NCBI GenBank assembly: GCA_965637545.1 | Contig: OZ281500.1 | Span: 18,910,001 to 18,974,000 of the forward strand | Direction of reading: 5' to 3' | Length of the DNA stretch: 64,000 bases | DNA from: Phallusia mammillata | Taxonomy: Eukaryota | Part shown: piece after piece, positions 1 through 10,900 of the stretch | How positions within the stretch are numbered: position 1 is the first letter of the stretch | Layout: the number at the start of each line of letters is the position of its first letter | Translations under genes and position numbers: made by a program | The notes under the pieces: generated by a model | What the model saw: the letters and a program-made list of their open reading frames with translations, nothing else | What the model was told of the DNA's origin: nothing | The model's database searches: none

Positions 1-1032
1 CATGTCTTTTTGTGACCTTTTTTCATCAAGAAACAGTTTTATGCTTTTGCAAAATGTTGTATGGCCTAACGGTTTTAAACTGACGCGCATTGCTTGACTT
101 ATAACATATCTTGACAACGAGAGCATATCTGTATGTCCGACAAGTCTCAAAATCCCACTAATCTACTGTAATCCACTGTAAGCAGTTCGTTAGCAGTAGG
201 GCACCAAAGCTCCGACCCGAATTGGTCTTATTATCATCCAAATTTGTTTGTAAACATGTCTTTTGTGTGAAACTATCCCCCAGGCGCCAGAATTGCCAAA
301 AACATTCCTTGAAAGAATAAATTTGGCCGAGACGTTGTACAGACGCATATCCGCGGGCTACACCGCCAACTAGTAAATGACGGGTGCGCCAAGGGTAGCA
401 ATTTGCAGACCTTTGTCATTTTCTTAAGTTGACTTCAATGACTCCAAAATTATACTGTTTCAGTTTCGCTGGTGCCAACGACGTATTGTTGAGTTAATTT
501 CAAACGTAGGAAGTTACAATACATCTTTATGCTTCTTTTTACAACTGGACCTGACTCGCACCACAACATTATGTCTACTTATCTGACAAGCCTGCGATGA
601 CTGCCAGTTATATACGCCTAATCAAGTGACAGAAAAAAACAAAATATTTTAACCTCGCAACCAGCTGGTAAACGATTATGTAAGGAAATCAAATGTTTGC
701 TATTGTTTTTGTGCTATTACAATTTCATCCCGATGATTGATAAAGACAATCGAATATATGCTGCAAGGATTATCAGGTGCTTGATGATAGGACTAACCCT
801 ATTCAATAAAAGAGCGGGGAGTTAGCTTTACGGCGAACTACCGTTGTACAGTACTATGGATGCTTTGTTTCATGCCTGGTGCTTATCCTGCTGTCTGTTT
901 TGTCTGTTGATGCTGTTTGCAGTTTAATCGGACAAAAGATCTAATCTAAAACCTCGCGTAAAAATACGCGATTCGATTTTTGTTCTTGGAACATTGAAGC
1001 ATTGTCTGACTTTTTGTCACAAAACCCTAACG

Positions 1033-1210
1033 CAGGGGTCGGCAACCTTTTTTGCACTGCGGACCGTTTTTGAAACTAAAATTTTATCGCGGACCGGTCT
1101 TCAAAAAACTACAAATATTTAGCAATAAAAACGCTAACTTAGTTTCTGATTTTCTGAAATTATACGACCCGGTAACGAACCCCTCGCGGACCGGCGGTTG
1201 CCGACCACTG
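1033..1210. mobile_element. hAT-type MITE (178 bp)
   Basis: TIRs CAGGGGTCGGCAACC / GGTTGCCGACCACTG. Flanks CCCTAACG (left) and CCCTATAACG (right) look like a decayed 8-bp TSD. Confidence 0.8.
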
Positions 1211-1503
1211 CCCTATAACGTATTGCAGCTTATTTACAGATTATTTGAGCTTAAAATATTTACCGAAAGGTATAAACAATATAGCATGTCGCATTTTACG
1301 CATATTTGGGCCGTTATGTTCGCAATTAAATTTATTCAAACATTTTCAGCAATACCTGCCCCACCTATCTCTCTCTGACCAACGTGTCTGATAAAGAAAA
1401 TAATTATAAATTATTTGGTTAACAAATTGTCCAATTCGGTGTCCATGATTTTTTCGTTGTTGAATGTTATTGCAGAAATATTTACCAGTGCCTCTAAACC
1501 CAT

Positions 1504-1509
1504 TTTATT
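1504..1509 (-). promoter_or_regulatory. candidate polyadenylation signal (AATAAA on minus) for the EF-hand gene
   Basis: TTTATT on plus, about 430 nt downstream of the stop codon. Such hexamers are common in AT-rich DNA. Confidence 0.3.
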
Positions 1510-1935
1510 GTAATCGTCCTATCATAGAAAAAAAACTCCAAGCACAGAAACAAAGTTGTAAGAATGAAATCCGATTTTGGAAACCTTGCAGATTCGGACC
1601 AACCAAACAAAGGAACGTGTAAAGCCGACAGGGCGAATTAAAAAGGACACAACATTCCAAGGCAACAAATTGCTACATAAACTTTTCAAAATCCCAGTAA
1701 ACGTATGAGACGACATTGAAAAAAATGTTTGGGACAAACCAGTTACCTCCAGCACAATCATAATCATAACCATACTGTTCACAAAATAGAAATGTTTTAG
1801 AATAGATTTTTTTGCTAAATAAGGTTGAAGGCAGAACAAGTTTCACAGTTTGTAATCTTTACCCTAAAATCATGCTGTCTGTCGCCAAAGCAAATAAATA
1901 TTCATTGTAAAGCACAGATCAAACTATAAGTGCAA

Positions 1936-4900
1936 TTAGGACATGGCGGTCAAGAATTTTTCGTAAGAAACCTCATCTCGCATTTTTCGGTCATAAGTGC
2001 TCAGCAATTTGTAGATCTCGTCCGGATTGCGGAAGGACATGCCGTACGCAGCAAGCACCTTACGGAACGCCTCCACTGGTATTCTTCCACGCTCGCCAAC
2101 GTCTTCCTTGCGGAGAGCGCGGCCGATTGATGAGAGCTCTTTGGCGCCCATTTGTGGCACGGCCGGGGGCGAAGCATATCCACTGTCTTCTGTAATAAAA
2201 TTTTAGGTGTCTGTTCCAGTTTTTGATATAGTATTATGTTCACATTGCACAAGCACTAGCATTTGCCCAAAAACGGAGCTGCTGCCAAACCCAGTTGGTA
2301 TATTTCAAAAAAATCGTTAAAAAAATCGCTGAAAACGGGTTAACACAGTAATAACAAAAGCATTTGTTAAGTATTAAACGGTTTCAGCACATTAGGCAAA
2401 AATATAACAAAAGCAACGCAAAAGTGGCAAGACCTATTTTGTTAAATACTTTTTTGTTTTCCTTATTTTGCATGGCTTTGTGTTAAACTGATTTACAAAC
2501 ATACATATAGAATAAAAATTGCAAATGGAAAAACATCGAACAAGTCCCAACTATAAACATACTTGAGGCAGTAGACGGCGGATGGCGTTGAATATTCTCC
2601 AGTCTTCCTCTGTACATTTCGAACGAGTTTCTCGCTTTTGTCGCCTTGTTTCCCTTGGCAACCACGTTCTTGCGATATTCTAAGAGGCAAAAACCTTTCA
2701 AGTTATTTCTTCAAACACATTTCCATATTTCCATATTTATGTATTTATTCTGTTAACAGCGACCAGAAATAAACGTAAAAACTCACAGCAAAAATAGAAG
2801 AAGTAGTCAAAGCGTTGCAAACAAAAAAGGATCAGAACCACACGTAGTTATAACTTGTAGCTGACCTCAATTATTTGAAATAAACATCCGTAGTTTAATA
2901 ACTAATGCAGGTGACTAACGCAATTTGTAAATGGGATTGCATCTGAAATGTCCTAAATTTACCAATGTAACTTAAAAAAATACTTCAAATCGTATTTTGT
3001 GTTGCTATAACTTATTTATCACCTTGCATTGGAACTGTATTAGGTGGATAAGATTTTGACACTTTTGGCTGCTTGGTGACACGCTTGAATGGCGACACTG
3101 ATGGAGCGTTACGAAGGTTTATAAACTCAGGTTGTGGTGGAGTTGGATGTCGGTAGTGATGTTGTTGTGGCAGCGGGTATTTGAGTTCCTGCTTTGGCAC
3201 TACAAAGTAAGGTGATTTTCATGTTAGACTGTTTCATAGACAAATACAATGCTATGTGTGCAAACGTTGGTATGCTTGAGCGCATTTGTAAAGTACACAT
3301 TAGTAACCAGCTGGTGAGCGCTTGGAAAACGAAATCACAAAGCACACACAAGAAATTCCCCCACCCTCTTTCATAACACGAGTGGTTAGATTCAAGGCCT
3401 CACGACTGGCCCCTACAACCTTTCACCCCAAGCCGTGTTATACTCACAGTGCGCCAAACTACCGCTCTAGTGATCTACCGCCACATTCGCTTCATGATAG
3501 ATGATACGGTGTAGCTGTAGCGCGTTTAGTCATAATCAACCAATTGTGCCATCCAAACAATTTGCGCTCCATAACCTGGTAACATTGCGCAGGGATCTGC
3601 TAATTACTATTGCCTAATGGCAACCTGCTGTCTATCTGCCAAACAGGATACACAACCATACATGACAAATTGAGCACAAACAAATTTGACCAAGCCTGCA
3701 AGGACTGTACTTTAACGTTTCAACAGGGGTCAAAAAAGAATAAAGTATTCAAACCTCTCTCCGAGTCGGATGAGAGGAGCGGCCTTCTTGAGCTCTCCTG
3801 CGACACCTTGCGCTTGGCGTGCTTGGTGTAATATTCCATCAGTCGAAAGTAGTTGGTTTTGCCAGGGATTCGGGATTCGAGCATTTCGATTAAGTAATGA
3901 AGTTCCAGTTCGCTGACGTCCGGACGCAGACCGTGCATAATTTGAAGCATGTCTTCCTGTAAGCAAAAAGAAAAGTTTTTTTGTATGTCTTCCTGCAGGC
4001 AAAAAGAAAAAATCTAGACACATAAAGCATTGCAAGTTTGACCAGCAATGTGGCACTGGCAGTGTCACTGGACAGCATGGTTTCGGCAGCTTTAAATCAA
4101 GCCAAGTCAAACTTATTTGCATTGTCATCGTTGAACCGTTTCGTATAAAACAGAAAAGACACCGAACAAATTTGCTACATCTTACATGGGTTATCGAGTC
4201 ACGTGTCCTGTTATTTGAATGGTACTTTTAGTGTGCTGGGTTTGTTCTGCCGTAGGACCACAACCTAACGCACGAACCTGACGAGGTACAGCCATGTGTA
4301 TAAACAGACTTTAAAGATAAGTTAAGAGCCAGAATAAAGTGCTGCCCCGCGTTTTCAAAAAAGGGACATTAAATAAGCATTTATGGCATTTTATCGCAAA
4401 TGGAAGTTTCTTGTAGTCTACTCTATAAAATTTGACCCATTTTTGCTTCATAATTAAACTACATTTGTTTCTTCATCTTTACTTACGTAAGCTTGCATTG
4501 TAATCACGGGACACACTGTTTTAATAAGGCATAGCCTATATATTCCTTTTCACAAACCTTGGGTATTCTGGATGTTCCCATCGGATCCAAGTATCGTAAT
4601 TTCTTCTTCAACAAATTCCAATGACTCACAATTGGAACTCGAATCTTTTCGAGAACGCGCGTCACAATGGCGCTGTCACGTGACTGTTTGTTGAATTTAC
4701 CTACGTCACATATTAACTAAGTTGCAACGTTGAACGAAAAAAACGCGTGCACAGGAAAATGTTAAACAAATCGTTTTACCAGGGTAGATAGATCCATAGT
4801 ATAGTCGCATAACGTGCTGGAAGATTGTGGGTATTGAGAGAGACTCCATTGGCCGCGTGATGGGCATACTGAGCCAAAGTGCAGAGAGTTCGCTTGGTGT

Positions 4901-7900
4901 GAGAACAAAACCACATCTGTAAAGGCAGGTTGCAACATAGTAAGACAAACGGTGTAATCATAAAGCTTTATAAGTTGTATGTATGTGATTTTTTAATGAA
5001 GCAGTGTTGGCCGGGCGTTAGTGTCAATGGTTCATGTATAACCGACTTTGGTATTATAGGTTGTGTGATCTGACTTACACATCACTGCAAATTGGACGTC
5101 ATATCGAAATTTGCTGCCATTTTGCTGTTTTTAAACCATGGAAAAGGTAAGTGTCGCTGTTGCAACTTGCTAACTACTGCAAGCAACCTTTCTCGTTCAT
5201 GTTTTAAACATTATTAATAAATAAAATGGTTTTGAAAGCATTCTTTGAAAACAAAAGCCCCCGTGCTAACGTACTGGCACGACGAGCCCGACTGGTTCGG
5301 CCTATAAGGTCTCATCAATGCGCGTGGTGACGAGACTAAATTGCCTTGAATGGTTTTGTATTGATGTGGCACTGAGTTGACGCCGCTTTAAGCAGTCGCT
5401 TGGTGATTATGATTTCAACAGTTCTTCTGTGATTCAGACCCAGTTCAAAACAGCGTGTAATGTCAGCAGCTTATTTAGCATAGTGACTAGTTAATATTTG
5501 TTACATTTTTCAATGGAAACAAACCTAAAAAGGATGTAATCAAATTTTTCCTTGTCCACGCGACAGAAATCTTCCCTTACTATCAAATCGTATTCCTTCT
5601 TAAAGTTTTGGAATTTGTAGAGCAGGACGTCAACGAGAGTTGCTTCAAGCTGCGGAAGAGGACGGGGTTCGTGTCTGTAAAAGTATGACTTTATTTATAG
5701 GCTTGTTGTGCAGATGAACTGCTAAAGGCCGATTCAAGTTGGTATAAAGTCTGAACTTATATATACACTAAACCTCAATTAATTCGGACCCATTTGGACC
5801 TAAAACTTGTCCGGATTAGGCACAGATCCGGATTAACCGATGTCGATTAGTTCAAGTCTTACCACATTACAAATCATTTTCACCTCAAGTTCTGTCGGAA
5901 CTAGGCGAAGATCCGGATTAACCGAATTGAAAACAAACGCGAGCAAATGTAATGTGATTTCATCCAAAACGTTAGCTGGACAGCAACGTTGTTACCATGG
6001 CCAAAAAGTAATTTTCATTTTTCTTCATTTAAATGTAAACAAGGTATAATTTGAGAATGTTTGAACTGAACAGAATCAGACTCTCTCACAGGGTGCATAG
6101 TCATTGACGATCACAGTTTTTAATTATTTTTAACTGATTCCGTTATTTGGAATTTTTTTTCCATTCGCAGTTTTAATTGGGAACGTTTTTTTTAATTGAA
6201 CGCCATTAGTACTAAACTACACCAAAAAACAACGTTTTTCTTCTTTTTTACCAAAAACTACACACATAGAAACAACATACGCAACCTGGTAGACGAAACA
6301 ATTGTACAACATTTCTTTCACATAGAAACATTATCGTATGCAGACAAAACTAATTTAAATTCGAACTTCCTAACCTGTGTGTATGGGTTGAAGCATCCAC
6401 ATCCATACTCTTCACGTATCTGTCTTTGTGTTCGCGAAGATGGCTCATGTCGGCTATCTCCTCAACCCACGGATCGTCAGCATCAGCTGTTGAAGGCCTA
6501 AAGATATTCAAAGTACAGGTTGCGAAAACAAATAAAAAAAAACTGTACTTCACCTATGTGTCTCCAAATTACAAAACGTGTAATGCAAGAAAAGCCTGTA
6601 GCCTTAAAATTAAGCCTGGGTGACATGTTCGGGTTTTTAGAGCTTGAAATATAGTTTACAGTGTCAATGTTGCAATATTTAGTTCAAATTAACAAATTAC
6701 TGTTAAATTTATTAATTTTAGGTTCGACGTTATGACGTTTGCTACTGTAATTTGCGATTTTTCTCCTAAGTAATATAACTTTTGGTTATGGCCGCCACCT
6801 TCTATCAAGTTATTACTATGCACCTATAGTTAGCATAGCCTTACCACAAAATTTCTTGAAAGTAAACTCTACAAGTAATGAATGTAAAGAATATACTAAA
6901 TGTTGAAAACTGCTACATCAATTGAAGGAGTGTCAATTTTTCGTATAATATCAGTTTTTTGCAGCTTACCTTAGCATAACATCGAACTTTGCAAGAAAAT
7001 CATTGTACGGCACATATCCTTTCTGTCCTTGAGTGGCGTTGCTCGGGGGGTTCACCAGTCTGACGTAACTTGATGACGTAAACTGCTCCCAAGCGCTGTC
7101 TGTGATTTTGATCGTGTATCGAGCCTCAATAGCTGATCGAAACTCATCCTTAAAATACAAAGCTTTTCAGTATTTTTTTTCATAGTGGAAAAAGTTATGA
7201 GCAAAGTTAGATTTATCAAGGTGAAATGACGAACCAAATGTGGTCAGGCCCTTACAAAGCTGTTTTTGTTAAACTAAAAAGCCCCTCGCGTTTTACTCTC
7301 TAGTGCAGCGGCTCTAAACTGGAGTCCGTGAAGCAATTTTGCGGGAACTGCCCAGAGTTTAAAGTTATTAAACAATCCACTTCGATGTGTACTAAATATG
7401 TATAAATCATAGTAGAAATTAGGAACTGTCTCCAAAGGGATCGTTATGGAAATATAATGGAAACCTTTAAGATCCACTGCAGTAGTACATGGTACTGGTA
7501 AATATATTGCCACAATACAATAATTTATACTATAACACGATTACATAAACACGGCATGCAATAAATGACAAGCTAGACTAATGGACAAGAACCCACGAGA
7601 TACGTCGTGATGACCTCGTTATCCTCCAGTTCTCGCTGATTTTAAAACATTTCAGTCAAACCTACCAATGTCAAAAACCCGGTTCCGTTCTGATCAAATT
7701 GGCGACAAGCAGCTAGAAAAGCCAAAAACTCTCGTTGAAAAATATCGAGAAGTTTTACTTCAAGGACCGGTGCACTAGCGCCCTCTGCTGGTGTCGGAGG
7801 CGGGTTGGTTTCATGAAATCTGACAAGAAACGTTTCGTAAAAAAGTGCAAAATAAATTTGTTCAATAGGAGTCATGCATTAAACATAGAAATATCAACGA

Positions 7901-10900
7901 CATTTAAGGTAAAATTTGGCGGGAAATCAGCTTACACGTGGTCCTGATTCCTCATAACTTTATTCAGTAAACTTCGGTTTGAGCGACTTTGCAGGCGTCG
8001 TAAAAGTAACCGATAGTTGACGACTCCATCACTACGTCGCAGACCGTTTCTACAGAGAGTAACATACACATTTCGAAGTGCATAAAAGATACACCTTATT
8101 CTAAGCCAGAAGCCAGACATTGTCATTCAGGCTACCTAGCAAGAAAGTGTTCCAAATTGGTCGGTTTTAAAGGAATTCCCAGAATATAGAAGACGTCTCT
8201 CAGATCTGGTTTGCTGATAAGTCCACACGCATTTGTGTCTTTCGCCTCCAACGCACGCTGAATATGCACCTGGCCTTCTTCAAGCTGTGTGAAAATACGT
8301 TTTAAAGGTAACTTTTTCCAATGCTGCTCGAGTAGTAAATAAACCCAAAATATAAAATGTTTGGTCTACCCAGAAAAAATGTAATTGTACTACATACGCC
8401 GTCTTATTTTCACAGGACCAGGACGCGCCCGAGGACGAATCCCGATCAGTTTTAATGTAGGTAGTCAATAAAAGTAAAAGAAAACACAATCATCATATAC
8501 ATCATGAGTTTTACCAAAACTATTATCATTTTTTTCGGGTTGTGGCCGATTTAGAGCTGCACGTAATATCACTGTAATGCTGACTTAATTTTGTATCATT
8601 TTTAATAAAAAACGCACTGCGGCCTTGAATTCCTTAAATTTTTGAACTTGCCTGCACTAAGGAGTTTTTCCCTTAATGAATTGTATTCAGTTCCATTCAA
8701 AACGTTTATATTGCCAGCTCAAACAAGACATCAAGACAAATCAACAACGTTTCACCTTTTTCGAAATATACTCCGCGACGTCTCCATCAAACAATCTCGC
8801 TGTAGCGACAACTTCCAGTGAAGTTTTCGGTCGAGCAGCCGATTCATAGCCACATGACGTCACAGATCGTTGCTCGTTCACTTGCTGAGCAGTGACACCT
8901 AACGACAAGCGAATTTCAAAGTTCAATTTGTTCAAGTGTCTCTCAATAACAGTGTTGCCAGGTTGCGCTTTTGTCGCTCAATTGGGCTACTTTTGACATC
9001 CTATTGCGGGCTGGTTTCATGGGTTGCGCTTTTTGAAATTTGACCAGGCAACACTGCTCAAGTACGTACATTAATTCAATTTCTTACCGTTGCTTAGTGA
9101 TGTTGCTGGACGTGGTCTAGGCGTCGAACTAGGGGTCAACACTTTTGTTACTGCAACACTGCGGAATGAAAAAAGGCAGTATACTAAATTACGGCCGCTG
9201 AAAAATTTAACAATTTCCGCTTACATTATTGAATGCCTACTTCACTTGATAATAACGTAACGACAATGTATGCATAGCTAAATAAAATTTACGTCTACTC
9301 GGCCTGGTAAACAAAATATATGTCGCTGTATGTTGTTGCCCACCTCTGGACCAAACGTCTCTTCAAGTTGGTTTTGGACAATGTTAAAGTAACGATGGTT
9401 AATAATCTTAAATCATTTCAACAATAAATCACCGAGGAAATGCTGTGAGTGTATTTCAGTTCTACCTTTCAGCACGAGGAGTTTCCCGTTTTCTAGGTGA
9501 ATCTCCTGATGGCGGTTTTGCCGAAGAAGGGAGCCGTTTACCCTCTGGATCAAGGCCAAGCAACTCGAAAAATTTCTTCGATCGAACAGCAAAGGGACTA
9601 CCCCCGTCAAATCTGCATAAAGAGTACTTACAACTATGCACAGTACCAAAAATTAACCGCCAAAAAACGTTAAAAAATATAATAACACCAACCAAAATAT
9701 ATCGGGTTTCATAAAGCAACAACAACAAGTAACTTTATTTGACTCAAGAAGCAATGATTTTTTTCAATTTCAATTTTCAATTCAAAACGTTACACGAGCA
9801 ACAACGACAATACAGCTAAATTCACGGTAAGCTTGAAGCGAAGTGGTATGGTTTGGCATTAGTCATATATAATATGTGCATGAAGCGAGAAAAAACATAC
9901 TTTCTAAATATCTTTGCAACGATGTCATCCGATGATGGAATTCGTAACTTATGAAGACATTCTCTCAGTTGACCCGGAATGACGTAAGCGCCCTCACCGA
10001 AAACCATTGGTGGAAACAGAGAGTGGAAATCCAGATCACTGCAAATAAAAAGTAAGTTACAAATCTAAAACTGTTCTAAAGTTACACACAGTAATGATTA
10101 CAATGCATTTCAAAATGTCTAAGTCATGAATATATTGCTGGTGCCATTTAGGTTTTTAAGCTTTTATAAGCACTGCAAAGTAATGGAAAACTTAGGAATA
10201 GCGTTTTGGGAACAATATGTGTGATTTAAAACTACAAAAAAAGTGTGAATTAGGCTATTTACCTCGTTGCAGCTTTGTTTTTTAGCAACTCCCACGATCG
10301 CGCAGCAACATTTACGTGGCTCTCTGGCGCAGCACGTGGCGTTGAAAATCGTTTCACTGACGACGTTTCCTGGAATAAACATTTAAAATTGCGCACAAAA
10401 AAGCAATATATGAGATCGGTTTGAGGTTACGTGTTTCACCAATAATAAAAAACGATGAAAGTTTTACTACAAACCCACATTTTCTGTCACTGAGTGGCGC
10501 TCGTGAGTCATCCTTTCGGGAGCTGAGTTTGGTGGTTTGAGTAAATGCGATGACGAAACCATGTTGGTATGTGACTCCCCACCGCCACCGTGTGTCGAAG
10601 GACGGCGAAAATAGTTAACGAGGTCATCGAATACAACGTAATTCTTTTTATCGATTCCCAACCTACGTTCGTTAAACACTAATGTTATTGAAATGCAATG
10701 GTTTTAATAGTATTTAAGTTTTTAGACGTAATGTAGTTTTTAGAAACGTTACAAAAACTTTTTAATTTAACATATTGCTTTGCAGCTGTTGATAGGACAC
10801 ACTGACTTATTAAGGGGTCTCATCAATGCAGCTGGTGATAAGACGTAGGTCGTATCGGCTATAGCTGTTTTTTGCATTTGGTTCAAACCTTAACAAGCAC

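Noticed and set aside
1-1000. Short protein-like frames on both strands at the left edge
   Set aside because: Each is under 60 codons, with no consistent splice chain or recognisable family.
1052-1378. 108-aa ORF in the track
   Set aside because: It runs through a MITE and its flank, has no recognisable motif and starts at a non-ATG codon.
4186-4277. Exon-like minus-strand segment VRALGCGPTAEQ... resembling a calmodulin helix
   Set aside because: All frames hit a stop before the strong GTAAGA donor, and exon 4558-4700 already joins 3956 in frame to complete the EF-hand.
5137-5690. Apparent plus-strand gene start ATGGAAAAG|GTAAGT with a downstream exon near 5621
   Set aside because: The phase-matched frame stops, and the segment is the antisense of a well-supported EF-hand exon (5525-5674).
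5990-6004. RFX X-box-like GTTACCATGGCCAA (and half-sites near 14575) for a putatively ciliary gene
   Set aside because: The match is imperfect and intronic, far from the start. Such words are expected by chance.
8398-8460. Possible extra EF-hand gene exon (TDRDSSSGASWSCENK)
   Set aside because: The donor phase is incompatible and there is no good acceptor. Flanking exons join in frame without it.
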